Positions 22,132-32,885 are shown, counted from the whole stretch's first letter. The stretch: 59,775 nt of DNA, filler included, from 6 parts of 6 records of this genome joined end to end with filler, not necessarily neighbours in it, one strand, 5' to 3'. Translations and numbers: made by a program. Notes: generated by a model not told the origin, from the sequence alone.

Positions 22132-22163
22132 TGTTGGGTTACACTGCAATAGCCCAACCTACG
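22132..22163 (-). repeat. Single GTAG-type REP-like palindrome
   Basis: Minus strand CGTAG-GTTGGG-CTATTGCAGTGTAA-CCCAAC-A. Confidence 0.6.
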
Positions 22164-22302
22164 CATCATGGCCGACAAGCGGCTATGCCACCCTTCTTCG
22201 ATTCTTAAGTTGGAATATGCCGCCTCTTGTCCTTTTACAAAATAACCATGCGGCTTTGTCCGGTAAACCGCTAGGAATGACTACTGACCTGAAGGCGATT
22301 AT

Positions 22303-23448
22303 ATGGGCGGCGCCATAGATGTTAAACGCCTCCATGCTGAAATGGATTCCGCGGTCCGGGACGGCTGTTTCCCGGGCGGCGTCCTCCTTGTCGCTCGCGG
22401 AGACCATGTCTTATGCACTATCCCGGCGGGCCGGCTGCAATACGATCCCGGGGCGCCCAGGATCGATGACAATACCATTTACGATCTGGCTTCCCTGACC
22501 AAAATCCTTTCCACCGCCTTTTTAATAATGATTTTAAATGACAAGGGCTGGATAGATATCGAAGCGCCGTTATCGGCGTTCAGTCGTGATGTTCCGCCTT
22601 GTTCCATTCCGGATGATAAAAAGAATATAACCCTGAAGCAGCTTTTAAGCCATGCAAGCGGGCTGCCTGCCTGGCGTCCTTTATACAAATCCTTATCCGG
22701 CCTGCCTCCCGAAGATAACAGAACAAGGGCACTGGAATTAATTCTTTCCGAACCGCTCGAATACCGGCCGGGCGAACAGGCCGTGTATAGCGACCTTGGA
22801 TTTATCCTATTGGGGTTGATAATGGAAAAGGTTGCCGGCAAGCGCCAGGACGAACTGTTTAGGGAATTAATCGCCAATTCTCTTAATTTAACACAAATCG
22901 GGTATCGAGCACTCGATTGCTCATCATCACATGCGGAAATAATAGCCCCGACTGAAACAAATCAACGTAAAACAGGCCCTCCGGGAGATCCGACCGGACA
23001 TGCCCGACCGGGAGTCCCTGTCGGCGTTGTGCACGATGACAATGCCCGGGCCATGCTCGGCGTTGCAGGCCATGCAGGACTCTTTGCAGATGTTAAAAGC
23101 GTCTGGAAGGTTTTCAACGAAATGCGGAAAGCATTTGCAGGCAAGGAAGGGCAATGCCTGGCGAGGCCTGAAACCGTCACAAAATTTTGGACTTTAGCCA
23201 AGACCGCGCCAAAATCGACCCGGGCCCTGGGCTTTGACACGCCCGCCGAAAACGACTCAAGCGTAGGCAAGCTTTTTTCAAGAAACAGCGTAGGACATCT
23301 CGGTTATACCGGATGCTCCCTCTGGTGCGACCTGAAGCGGGATGTAACCGTAATTCTCCTGACCAATCGCGTCCATCCCACGGCCGACAATCTGGCGATC
23401 AGAGAGTTCAGGCCCCGGATTCATGACGCTGTAATGGAATCCTTATGA
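22303..23448 (+). CDS. Serine hydrolase, beta-lactamase/AmiE-like family
   Basis: ASLTK (SxxK), LLSHASG, YSDLG, VHDDNA, GHAGLF, GHLGYTG. Confidence 0.88.
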   Translation: MGGAIDVKRLHAEMDSAVRDGCFPGGVLLVARGDHVLCTIPAGRLQYDPGAPRIDDNTIYDLASLTKILSTAFLIMILNDKGWIDIEAPLSAFSRDVPPCSIPDDKKNITLKQLLSHASGLPAWRPLYKSLSGLPPEDNRTRALELILSEPLEYRPGEQAVYSDLGFILLGLIMEKVAGKRQDELFRELIANSLNLTQIGYRALDCSSSHAEIIAPTETNQRKTGPPGDPTGHARPGVPVGVVHDDNARAMLGVAGHAGLFADVKSVWKVFNEMRKAFAGKEGQCLARPETVTKFWTLAKTAPKSTRALGFDTPAENDSSVGKLFSRNSVGHLGYTGCSLWCDLKRDVTVILLTNRVHPTADNLAIREFRPRIHDAVMESL

Positions 23449-23545
23449 CAATAGCCGCGAAATCTGTGCTAATATTGCTTCTTGCGAAAGAGTATTAATA
23501 GATATAATCGGCAAATAATATAGTGGTTCTCAAAAGTATTTTCCA

Positions 23546-23645
23546 NNNNNNNNNNNNNNNNNNNNNNNNNNNNNNNNNNNNNNNNNNNNTTAATTAATTA
23601 ANNNNNNNNNNNNNNNNNNNNNNNNNNNNNNNNNNNNNNNNNNNN
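23546..23645. other. Artificial contig linker
   Basis: N-run with TTAATTAATTAA. Confidence 0.97.
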
Positions 23646-24585
23646 CGTCGATGGTTTTTTGAATGGATGAGGAAGGCATGCCAAGGGCACCCCCCGCCAG
23701 AATGACGGCCAGGAGATTTTCCAGATTGTGAGAACCTGCAAGGGAAAAGTTATTTAGATTGAAGCGGGTTTTTTCATTTACGGTTGAGACAATGTCTCCT
23801 TTTTCAATGAAAGCGCTTACGCCTTCCCTTTTCTCTAACCCGTAACGGAAAACAGCGGTGCCGGTGGGCGGGGAAATTTTTGAAAGGACCGGATCCTCGG
23901 CATTCAGGATAACCGTTTGTCCGTTGCGCTGATTCTCAAAAATCCTCAGTTTTGATTGAATATAAGCCCGGTAATCCGCATATCGGTCCAAGTGGTCCGG
24001 TGATATGTTCAGAATAATTGAAATTTCGGGACTGAAGTGCCGTATGGTATCCAGTTGAAAACTGCTGATTTCCACCACCAGATAGTCCGCCTTCTTTTTT
24101 TGGGCCAGATACGCGGTTAAAGGGGTGCCGATGTTGCCGCCCACAAAAACATCATGGCCCGCATTTTCAAACATCTGTCCCAGAAAGGTGGTCACGGTGG
24201 TCTTGCCGTTTGTTCCCGTAACGGCAATCATGGGAGCGTCAACATGTCGGGCTGCCAGTTCCATTTCTCCCATAACGGGAATTTTATTTTGAAGTGCCGC
24301 GCGAATAAACGGTGTCTCCAGGGGGGCGCCGGGGCTCAGAACAATGGCATCGGCACCGAGGAAGGTCTTTTCATGATGTCCTCCGGTTTCCAGTGTGACC
24401 CCTAAGCCCCGAAGCTCGTTTAAAATGGTCGGGTCCAGTCGGGACGTTTCTTTGATATCGGTCACGGTGACCCTTGCACCACCCTCCGCCAGCCATCTGG
24501 CAGCCCAGTACCCCGACGTGCCGAGGCCCACCACCAGAAATCTGGAAGAGGGAATATTCAGTTCGGATTTTGGGTTTTGAACCAT
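23646..24585 (-). CDS. murD: UDP-MurNAc-L-Ala-D-glutamate ligase, 3' truncated
   Basis: VVGLGTSG, SPG, TGTNGKTT, GGNIG, EISSFQL, PDHLDRY; follows mraY. Confidence 0.95.
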
Positions 24586-24596
24586 ATCCAATTGAT

Positions 24597-25676
24597 TTAC
24601 CTTAATTTGAGGGTGCTGATGGACAAAAGTGCCAGAATGATGGCAATGATCCAGAACCGTACAATGACCTTGGGTTCGGGCCACCCTTTCAATTCAAAAT
24701 GGTGATGGATGGGGGCCATTCGAAAAATTCGCTGGCCTCCGGTCAGTTTGAAGTAGGCCACTTGAAAAATGACGCTGAGCGCTTCAAATACAAACAGCCC
24801 TCCCACCAGAATCAGAACAAGCTCCTGCTTTGTGATGACCGCAACGGTTCCCAATAGTGCGCCAAGGGGAAGTGAACCCACATCCCCCATAAATATTTCG
24901 GCGGGATAGGCATTGTACCAGAGAAAGCCCAGGCCCGCCCCCACCGCGGCACCGCAGAGAATGGAGATTTCACCGGCGCCCGGAAGATAGGGAATCTGAA
25001 GATAAGATGCAATTCTCACATGTCCGGCCAGATAAGCGAAAATCAGGTAACAGGCAAAGGCCACGATCAACGGGCTGATGGCAAGTCCATCCAATCCGTC
25101 GGTCAGATTAACCGCATTGGAGGTGCCCACAATGATGAAAACAGCAAGGGGGATATATCCCCAACCAAGATCAGGAGCGATATTTTTCAAAAACGGCACA
25201 TTGAGCCTGGAATCGAATTCCTGGGAGAAGTAAAGTGTCAGCGCTACCATCAGGGCGCCGATGATCTGGAGCGTAAATTTGGTTGACGCGCTCATGCCTT
25301 TGGGATTTTTTCCCGTTACTTTTGAATAATCATCCACAAAACCGATGGCGCCGAAGAACAGGACCACAAAAGCGGCCAGTTGAATATAGAGGTTGAAGGG
25401 GTTTGCCCACAAAAGGGTTGCCACCACAATGGCCGGGAGAATCAGGCAGCCTCCCATGGTGGGTGTGCCGGCCTTGGCCTGGTGGTCGGGAGGGCCGTCT
25501 TCTCGAATCCGTTCTCCGATCTGCAACTCCCTCAGTTTCCGAATGCCCCAGCCTCCCACAACAAAGAAGAGTGTCAGGCCCGTCAAACTGGAAAGGATTG
25601 TCCTGAAAGTAATGTACCTGAAAACATTAAGCCAGGAAAAATCCGAATGGAAAAGATATATCAGTTTGAAAAGCAT
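24597..25676 (-). CDS. mraY: Phospho-MurNAc-pentapeptide transferase
   Basis: [36 protein letters not shown]. Confidence 0.98.
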   Translation of the reverse strand: MLFKLIYLFHSDFSWLNVFRYITFRTILSSLTGLTLFFVVGGWGIRKLRELQIGERIREDGPPDHQAKAGTPTMGGCLILPAIVVATLLWANPFNLYIQLAAFVVLFFGAIGFVDDYSKVTGKNPKGMSASTKFTLQIIGALMVALTLYFSQEFDSRLNVPFLKNIAPDLGWGYIPLAVFIIVGTSNAVNLTDGLDGLAISPLIVAFACYLIFAYLAGHVRIASYLQIPYLPGAGEISILCGAAVGAGLGFLWYNAYPAEIFMGDVGSLPLGALLGTVAVITKQELVLILVGGLFVFEALSVIFQVAYFKLTGGQRIFRMAPIHHHFELKGWPEPKVIVRFWIIAIILALLSISTLKLR

Positions 25677-25691
25677 GGGCCTTTGAACCTT

Positions 25692-26108
25692 TCATCTATG
25701 TGTGTTTGCATGGGCCTTATTTTGTACCACACTATCTTTGCCGTTGGTTGTTGCGGCGATCACCACATTTAAGAATTTTTCCATGTCGAAAGGCTTATGG
25801 AGATGGGTTACCACCTGAGGTAAGCCTTCGTCCATGAGCCGTTGATCCGAAGGGTTACCCGTCATGATAATGATTTTTTCTTCCCGTCCTCTTTCGTGCA
25901 TGCTCTTCAACATGCTCACCCCGTTCAAGCGCGGCATATTGATATCCGTTATGACCAGATCAAAATGATTTTCCTCCAGCTTTTCCAGGGATTCCTGACC
26001 GTCTCTGGCCAGGCTGACTTCAAAACCCCGATGCAGCAGAACTTCCGACAACAGGAATCGAATCCCCTTTTCATCGTCAACCACCAGAACTTTGATCGGC
26101 TTTTTCAT
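25692..26108 (-). CDS. Single-domain response regulator (receiver)
   Basis: VLVVDDE, DINMP, MTG, KPF. Confidence 0.92.
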   Translation of the reverse strand: MKKPIKVLVVDDEKGIRFLLSEVLLHRGFEVSLARDGQESLEKLEENHFDLVITDINMPRLNGVSMLKSMHERGREEKIIIMTGNPSDQRLMDEGLPQVVTHLHKPFDMEKFLNVVIAATTNGKDSVVQNKAHANTHR

Positions 26109-26149
26109 TTCATACCCTTCTTCCTAAATATTAGTGGCATAAACCGGTT

Positions 26150-27577
26150 TTAAGAATCCGCAAACTGCAGCCCGAAATGCTTTTGAAGACCTTCGGACAC
26201 CTTTTCAAATTGCATCTTTCTGGAACCTTTAAGGAACACCATGTCTTTGGGCTTTATTTCCCGAATTATTTTTGTGGACAGTTCATCATGGGTTTTTGAA
26301 ATGATGACACGATTTGAAGGCATGCCCGCGGCCATGGCCCCTTCTGCCATGTCTTCCGCATGCATTCCCATGGTGAAGAGCCACGAAGCGCCTGAATCGG
26401 CAACCCTTCTACCTGCCTCCCGGTGGGCGGAGACGGCGGCTTCTCCCAATTCCAGCATATCCCCAAGCCCCACGAGGAATCGTCCGTCTTTGTTTACCAT
26501 CGGCACGGCGGAATGAAGGGCCGCCTTCAAAGCGGATGGGTTGGCATTATAGGTGTCATCGATCAAAAGGATGTCTTTTTTAAGGGGTATGCTTTGGAAC
26601 CGTCCTTTGACACCCGAAAAAGAGCCCAACCCTTTCACAATGTACTCCGCGGGTTCACCAAGGCACAATCCGATTGCAGCGGCGGCCAGTGCATTTTTGA
26701 CATTGTGAGCACCCGACACGCCCAGGTTGATGGGCCAGGTGTTGCCGTCGAAGGTCAAGTCAAACCCCGTCCCTTCGGATCCGCGGTTTTTGATATTGCT
26801 GCCGCGGATGTTGTTTCCTTCCGCCAGGCCGAATGTGACGGATTCTCTGTTAAATGGGGCGGCGTGTTTCATTAGTACCCCATCGTCGCCATTCAGTACA
26901 ATTTTCGCTCCGGGCGACAATTTTCCCATCATTTCCGTTTTGGCTTCGGCAACGCCGTCGATATCCCCCAATCCTTCCAGATGGGCCATTCCCACATTCA
27001 GAATAACGCCCACATGGGGGTTGGCAATTTCAGTCAGACGGGCGATTTCACCTTTTTGGTTCATGCCCATTTCCAGAACCACCCGGTCATGGATGTTTTC
27101 CAGGTTTAGAAGGGTCACGGGCAATCCGATGAGGTTGTTGTGATTGCCCGGGTTTTTCAGGGTTTTGTGACCCATCTGAAGAATGGCAGCCGTCATTTCC
27201 TTGGTGGTGGTTTTTCCGGAACTTCCCGTAATGGCAATTACTTTGGCGGCATGCTGCCGGCGCCACCAGGCGGCCAGATCCCCCAGGGCTTTGAGGGTGT
27301 CATCCACGGCGATGACAGTGGCGTGAGAAGTTTTAGGGAAAGCCTGAAAACTTTCTTGAACGACCACGCCCGAGGCACCCTGCAAAACGGCCCGTGAAAC
27401 AAAATTATGACCATCAAAGCGATCCCCTTTCAGGGCCCAAAAGAGGTCGCCCCGGACGGTGGTCCTTGAATCCGAATTGAAACCGGAAAAACGTACATGG
27501 GGGTCTCCTGAAACCATGCGACCCTTGACGGCTGCCAGGATTTCCTGTGACGATATTTTTCCCCATTCAGCAGACAT
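26150..27577 (-). CDS. murF: UDP-MurNAc-tripeptide--D-Ala-D-Ala ligase
   Basis: TGSSGKTTTKE, NNLIGLP, DDTYNANP, GDMLELG, KGSR. Confidence 0.97.
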   Translation of the reverse strand: MSAEWGKISSQEILAAVKGRMVSGDPHVRFSGFNSDSRTTVRGDLFWALKGDRFDGHNFVSRAVLQGASGVVVQESFQAFPKTSHATVIAVDDTLKALGDLAAWWRRQHAAKVIAITGSSGKTTTKEMTAAILQMGHKTLKNPGNHNNLIGLPVTLLNLENIHDRVVLEMGMNQKGEIARLTEIANPHVGVILNVGMAHLEGLGDIDGVAEAKTEMMGKLSPGAKIVLNGDDGVLMKHAAPFNRESVTFGLAEGNNIRGSNIKNRGSEGTGFDLTFDGNTWPINLGVSGAHNVKNALAAAAIGLCLGEPAEYIVKGLGSFSGVKGRFQSIPLKKDILLIDDTYNANPSALKAALHSAVPMVNKDGRFLVGLGDMLELGEAAVSAHREAGRRVADSGASWLFTMGMHAEDMAEGAMAAGMPSNRVIISKTHDELSTKIIREIKPKDMVFLKGSRKMQFEKVSEGLQKHFGLQFADS

Positions 27578-27594
27578 GTTTCCCTCTATTCAAC

Positions 27595-29082
27595 TCAAGA
27601 CAATGATGCGGCACGGGCCGCCACCAGGCAGTCATCAAAATCCCGTCTTGTATTTCCAATAATCTGGTAGTCTTCATGCCCTTTTCCGGCAATGAGCACC
27701 AGATCGTTTTCAAGGGCCGATTCAACGGCCATCCTGATGGCCGTCTCTCTTTCCAGTTCCACCACATACTCTTTATGTCCGGAAGCAATGACGCCCTTTT
27801 CTATTTCATCCGCAATGGCGGCGGGATCTTCCGAGCGGGGATTGTCGGAGGTAATGAACACTTTATGGCTGTGGCGCCCCGCAACGCGCCCCATTTCGGT
27901 TCTTTTTCCCTTGTCCCTGTCGCCACCGCATCCGAACACGGTTAGGATTCGTCCCTCTGTGATCCGGTTTGCCGCCCCAAGGGCTTTTTCAAGGGCATCG
28001 GGGGTGTGGGCGTAGTCCACCACAATGGCCAGTGAACGGGCGTTCGGCACCAGTTCCATGCGCCCGGGAACCCCTTTCATGTTTTCTATACCCGAGGCGA
28101 TGGCCATAAGATCCACCCCCAGGGTGATGGCCCCGGAAGCCGCCGCCATAATATTGTAAATGTCAAAATTCCCGATGAGCGGGGATCGAATTTCAATTTC
28201 GCCCATTTTTTCCGAGATGAGCCTGGCGCTAATCCCGGCCCGGCTGACGTTCACATCCTTTGCCGTCACATCACATGAAGTATTGATGCCGTAAGTCATT
28301 GTCTGGGCCGCAGTGAATGTCATGAGGTCAGCTCCCCGGGGGTCGTCAATGTTTATGACGGCGCTCACTTTATTGCTCAGGCCGGCAAATAGAAGGCTCT
28401 TGGCCTTGAAATAGGCATCCATGGACCGGTGATAATCCAGGTGGTCCCTGGAAATATTGGTGAACAAAACCGTGCGAAAGGGACAATCCGCAACCCTTCC
28501 CTGGTCCAGTGCATGGGAAGATACCTCCATGACCACATCCGTGGCGGAATGATCAGCCATTTCACGTAAAATTTTCATTAAATCCAAGGATTCGGGAGTT
28601 GTGACGGAAGATTTCAGGACTGAACTTGAAATTCGGTGGTTGATGGTCCCGATGACCCCGGGTTTTCTGCCCGCGGCCAGGAGGATGGCTTCCAGAAGAT
28701 AACTGGTGGTGGTCTTTCCGTTGGTCCCCGTAATTCCGATCAGGTTCATGTTGTGAAAAGGGGTTTGGTAATATGCCACGGCCAACCGGGATAACGCTTT
28801 GCGGGTGTCGGATACCTGAAGGAAGACCGGCATTTGATCCGGTTTCCTGCTGATTTTCCGAATAACCGTATCCGGCGCCCAGTGGGATAACACGGCTGCG
28901 GCTCCTCTGGAAACGGCATCATCGATAAAATCGTGACCATCCCGGGCATACCCTTTTATGGCCACGAACAGGTCCCCCAACCCTATCTTACGAGAATCAT
29001 AGTTTATCCGGGAGATTTCCACATCGGTTGGGCCCGTAAGGTTCTTGATGTTGATATCCTCTATGAGCTTTTTTAATTGCAT
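27595..29082 (-). CDS. murE: UDP-MurNAc-dipeptide--meso-DAP ligase
   Basis: TGTNGKTT, MEVSSH, DYAHTPD, GCGGDRD, SDNPR, AGKGHE. Confidence 0.97.
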   Translation of the reverse strand: MQLKKLIEDINIKNLTGPTDVEISRINYDSRKIGLGDLFVAIKGYARDGHDFIDDAVSRGAAAVLSHWAPDTVIRKISRKPDQMPVFLQVSDTRKALSRLAVAYYQTPFHNMNLIGITGTNGKTTTSYLLEAILLAAGRKPGVIGTINHRISSSVLKSSVTTPESLDLMKILREMADHSATDVVMEVSSHALDQGRVADCPFRTVLFTNISRDHLDYHRSMDAYFKAKSLLFAGLSNKVSAVINIDDPRGADLMTFTAAQTMTYGINTSCDVTAKDVNVSRAGISARLISEKMGEIEIRSPLIGNFDIYNIMAAASGAITLGVDLMAIASGIENMKGVPGRMELVPNARSLAIVVDYAHTPDALEKALGAANRITEGRILTVFGCGGDRDKGKRTEMGRVAGRHSHKVFITSDNPRSEDPAAIADEIEKGVIASGHKEYVVELERETAIRMAVESALENDLVLIAGKGHEDYQIIGNTRRDFDDCLVAARAASLS

Positions 29083-29135
29083 GACGTCGTTTTTTAAGGG
29101 TTTCTTTTGGCTGACAACTTATGCTTAACAGGCCA

Positions 29136-31121
29136 TCACATGGGTGGCCTGAAATTTACTTTAACACTTTGAACGGTTGTTAATGGAGATCCGGGGTCGG
29201 GATTCTGTCTGATGGCCAGTCCTGATCCTTCGAGACATACTTTCAGACCCAGGGCGCGGCTACGCTTAAGGACCTCTCTCATCCCCAGACCGGTAAAATC
29301 CGGCAATCGCCCCGCCTGGGGTTTGGGTGGCGGTTCCGTTGTTGCCACAGGTGATACGTGAAGCGCTGCCGCGTTTTCAGGTTGATCGTGCGCCTGTGCC
29401 GATTGAACTTTCATATGGCCGAGCAAAGAAGGCTGAGGGCTTATTCTGAGGTGATTCAGCGCCCATGCGCCCACTTCCCTGAATACGGGCCCTGCCACCA
29501 GGCCACCGTAGATATGACCTTTGGGTTCGTCGATCATCACCAAAATTACCAGCCGGGGTTTGTCCGAAGGGACGAAGCCCACGAAGCTCGCCACATATTT
29601 CTTTTTGGAGTACCTTTTTGTTTCCGGGTCCACTTTTTGCGAGGTTCCCGTTTTTCCGGCCACTCTGTATCCTTCTATGGCGGCTTGTTCGGCTGTTCCC
29701 TCCTCCGTTGCCACTCCCTCAAGGATTGCGGCCATTTTCCTGGCGGTTTTGGCTGAAACAGCCCTTTTCACGATTTTCGGACCGATTTTTTTAACGGTAT
29801 TTCCGGAGTCATCTACGATTTTTGAGACAACATATGGACGCATCAGTTTTCCTCCATTTGCGATTGTCCCCATGGCCATTGTCAACTGCAACGATGTGCT
29901 GGTCATACCCTGTCCGAAGTAAAGTGTTGCCTGATCGATCGTCTTGGCGTTTTTCACGCTCCTGATGAACCCGCCCCGCTCACCCATGAGATCAATATCC
30001 GCCTTTTTCCCAAAACCGAAATTTTTCAAATATTCGGTAAATCTTCGGTACCCCAGTTTTTGCCCCAGTTTGATGGCCCCGATATTGCTGGAATGAACCA
30101 CAACATCGGCCGCGGAGAGATTGCCGTATTTGTGGGTGTCATGAACCACCCTGCCGCCCACTTTGAATTTCCCCTGCTCGCAGTAGAACTGGGTGAGGGG
30201 TGAGACGACGGATTCTTCCAATGCCGCTGACAATAAAAAGGCTTTGATGGTGGACCCCGGTTCAAAACAATCCGTTACGGCTCGGTTACGCCATTGATAA
30301 GGCTTGTGGTAAAAAAAAACGTTCGGATTAAATTCGGGCACGACGGCCATGGCCAGGATTTCACCGGTATGGGGATCTACCACCACACAATGTCCGCCTT
30401 TTGCTTTTGCCTTTTTTACAGCTGCCCGAAGCGAAGCTTGGGCCTTATACTGAATGTCCTTGTCGATGGTCAGATAGAGGTTATGTATCCTCTTGTCCGA
30501 AGTTACGGGCCTTGTAACGGCAAACGGCCTGCCCAGCGCATCCCGCATAAAAGCCAACTTCTCTTCAGGCCCTTGCAGCAGTCCGTCAAACTTCTTTTCA
30601 AGACCTTCCAGACCTTGGTTGTCGGTCCCGGCAAAGCCGATGATATGGGCAGCCGTCTCACGACCGGGATAGTAGCGTCTTGTTTCGGTGATGACGCCCA
30701 ACCCCTCAAGATTAAGGGCTTTGACCCGTTCCGTCAGGGTTTGCGGGATTCTCCTTTTGACCCAGACAAAAGAACGGTTCCGGTTGAGTTTTTTTAGGAT
30801 TTGCTTCTGTTTTTCACCCAGGATTTTCGATAGAGCCCCGGCTGTTTTGTTCTTGTCTTTAATCTGTTTTGGATGGGCAAAAACGGACCCCACTTGAACA
30901 CTGATCGCCAGTTCATGCCCTTCTCTGTCATAAATGACCCCACGTTTCGGTGGCAGTTTTGTGGTTCCGATGATGCCGTTTTTCGCTATGCCGCGCAGAT
31001 ACTCCTGCTGCAATACCTGAAGTTGATAGACCCTGACAAAAATAGCGATCAATCCGCCGATGAAAAAAACACTCACCAAATGGATCCGAAAGCGGATCCA
31101 TTTTTTTTCCTTAAGCTTCAT
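29136..31121 (-). CDS. ftsI: Division transpeptidase PBP3 with C-terminal PASTA domain
   Basis: RGVIYDR, EPGSTIK (SxxK), SSN, KTGT; PDFTGL..Q-x-P-x-PG PASTA. Confidence 0.93.
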   Translation of the reverse strand: MKLKEKKWIRFRIHLVSVFFIGGLIAIFVRVYQLQVLQQEYLRGIAKNGIIGTTKLPPKRGVIYDREGHELAISVQVGSVFAHPKQIKDKNKTAGALSKILGEKQKQILKKLNRNRSFVWVKRRIPQTLTERVKALNLEGLGVITETRRYYPGRETAAHIIGFAGTDNQGLEGLEKKFDGLLQGPEEKLAFMRDALGRPFAVTRPVTSDKRIHNLYLTIDKDIQYKAQASLRAAVKKAKAKGGHCVVVDPHTGEILAMAVVPEFNPNVFFYHKPYQWRNRAVTDCFEPGSTIKAFLLSAALEESVVSPLTQFYCEQGKFKVGGRVVHDTHKYGNLSAADVVVHSSNIGAIKLGQKLGYRRFTEYLKNFGFGKKADIDLMGERGGFIRSVKNAKTIDQATLYFGQGMTSTSLQLTMAMGTIANGGKLMRPYVVSKIVDDSGNTVKKIGPKIVKRAVSAKTARKMAAILEGVATEEGTAEQAAIEGYRVAGKTGTSQKVDPETKRYSKKKYVASFVGFVPSDKPRLVILVMIDEPKGHIYGGLVAGPVFREVGAWALNHLRISPQPSLLGHMKVQSAQAHDQPENAAALHVSPVATTEPPPKPQAGRLPDFTGLGMREVLKRSRALGLKVCLEGSGLAIRQNPDPGSPLTTVQSVKVNFRPPM

Positions 31122-31486
31122 GGCAACAAGATGATCTGTTCAGGTTTCGGAGGGCTGAGCCCCAGTTGCTGAATTGCAAGATGTTCCAGATTTCGGGGTG
31201 ATTTCAGGGTGGCCAGTTCCAGTTTGAGCTTTTGATTGATTTCCTGAAGCCTCATCTCCTCTTTTTTCAATTGGCTGAGATTGTATCCGATCTGTGTCCT
31301 CTCAAAATTGGACCACACATATCCGATGCCGGTACCCATAAAACAGATCAACATCATCAGGGTTATGATGATCTGCTTTCGGGTGATATGAAATTTAGAT
31401 GTCTTCGATCTTGCATTTGCCATGCGAACCCCGTTTGCGGCGTTACGGGAATTCATCATTTTCGATAGACTGTCCGGTCTGGTCAT
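31118..31486 (-). CDS. ftsL: Cell division protein FtsL
   Basis: Single TM, coiled coil, LGL-x-x-P tail; lies between rsmH and ftsI. Confidence 0.85.
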   Translation of the reverse strand: MTRPDSLSKMMNSRNAANGVRMANARSKTSKFHITRKQIIITLMMLICFMGTGIGYVWSNFERTQIGYNLSQLKKEEMRLQEINQKLKLELATLKSPRNLEHLAIQQLGLSPPKPEQIILLP

Positions 31487-32508
31487 GATGATATCCTTTC
31501 TGCAACCCTCATGATGGCGCTGCGTGCTCTGGGGTTATTATGGATTTCCGCTTCTTCCGGCTTGCGGCCTTTCTTGAATAAGCGTTTGAAAACAGGAATT
31601 TTATTGCATACACAAACCGGAAAATCCGGCGGACAGGTGCAACTCTTTTCCCAATGGACCATCGCTTTTTTGACCTGCCGGTCTTCAAGGGAATGGTAGG
31701 AAATGACAACGAGTCTTCCCCCCACGGCCATCAGTGCGGGAATTTTATGGAGAAAGGTTTCCAGGTTTTCCATTTCCTTGTTAACGGCTATTCTGAGTGC
31801 CTGAAAGGTTTTGGTTGCGGGATGTCTTTTCCAGGGTCGATGAGACCTGGGTGTCGCGGCTTCAATTATTTGAGCCAGTTGGGCTGCAGTTTTAATGGGT
31901 TTTTTTTCCCGGGCCCTTACAACAACCCTGGCAAGGGTTTTGGCTCTCCGTTCTTCACCATATTCCCACAAAAGGGTTTGAAGGGACCGGGCGGAGAGGC
32001 TGTTGATCAGATGGTCTCCGGTCGGTTTATGGTCCGGATTCATTCTCATGTCGAGGGGTTCCTCTCTATTGAAGCTGAATCCTCTTCCGGATTGCTCGAT
32101 CTGGTAAGAGGACATGCCCAAATCGAGTAGAATGCCATCAATTTTGTCGATGGCCAAATCCTGCATTACCCTGTCCAGATCCGCAAAATTAGCCTGAATG
32201 AGGTGTAATCGACGGTCTGAACTGAATCTCTCCCGTGATAAACGGATGGCGTCGGGGTCTCTGTCCAGACTGATCAGACGGCCTTTTTCAGGCAAATGGG
32301 ACAATATTTCCATGCTGTGGCCGCCTGATCCAACGGTTCCATCCACATAGATGCCTTCCGGTTTGAGGTTGAGACATTGCACGGTTTCCTGAAGTAGGAC
32401 CGGCACGTGAGGATAATTGGAATTTTGAATCTCTAAATCCGCAGTTCTTGAAGGGCCTGGCTTGCTTCGGGAAAAATCTCCGTGACTCTTTCGAATTCCT
32501 CCTCCCAT
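31483..32508 (-). CDS. rsmH: 16S rRNA m4C1402 methyltransferase (start uncertain)
   Basis: HVPVLL, DGTVGSGGHS, DLGMSS, PLDMRM, FQALRIAVN, SYHSLED, NPRARSA. Confidence 0.96.
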   Translation of the reverse strand: MGGGIRKSHGDFSRSKPGPSRTADLEIQNSNYPHVPVLLQETVQCLNLKPEGIYVDGTVGSGGHSMEILSHLPEKGRLISLDRDPDAIRLSRERFSSDRRLHLIQANFADLDRVMQDLAIDKIDGILLDLGMSSYQIEQSGRGFSFNREEPLDMRMNPDHKPTGDHLINSLSARSLQTLLWEYGEERRAKTLARVVVRAREKKPIKTAAQLAQIIEAATPRSHRPWKRHPATKTFQALRIAVNKEMENLETFLHKIPALMAVGGRLVVISYHSLEDRQVKKAMVHWEKSCTCPPDFPVCVCNKIPVFKRLFKKGRKPEEAEIHNNPRARSAIMRVAERISS

Positions 32509-32870
32509 TTCTTTCTATCCCAGATTTCAAACCGTTTTAATTGACCTACGACCACAACCTCTTTTGTTAGTCCGGTGACTTCTCTCAAATAGAGGGGAAT
32601 TGTGATTCTACCGTTCTTGAGTGGACATTCTTCAGCGCCTGAAATAAAATACCTGAGAAAAGCGATGCCCGCGTTGTCAAACAAAGGGAGATTTGCCGCT
32701 TTTTCTTCGAGGCGCTGCCAAATGTCCCTTGTAAATGCCCAAAGGCAGCCGTCTTTATGGGTCACCACCAGGCACTGATCCTCTTTTTGGTTCAGGACCT
32801 CCCGAAACCGCGTGGGGACGGCCAGGCGGCCTTTGGCGTCAAGGTTGTGTTTTGAACGTCCGCGGAACAT
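32433..32870 (-). CDS. mraZ: Transcriptional regulator MraZ
   Basis: MFRG..LDAKGRL, GRITIP, FEIW; first gene of dcw cluster. Confidence 0.96.
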   Translation of the reverse strand: MFRGRSKHNLDAKGRLAVPTRFREVLNQKEDQCLVVTHKDGCLWAFTRDIWQRLEEKAANLPLFDNAGIAFLRYFISGAEECPLKNGRITIPLYLREVTGLTKEVVVVGQLKRFEIWDRKKWEEEFERVTEIFPEASQALQELRI

Positions 32871-32885
32871 GAGGGGCCTATTTGC

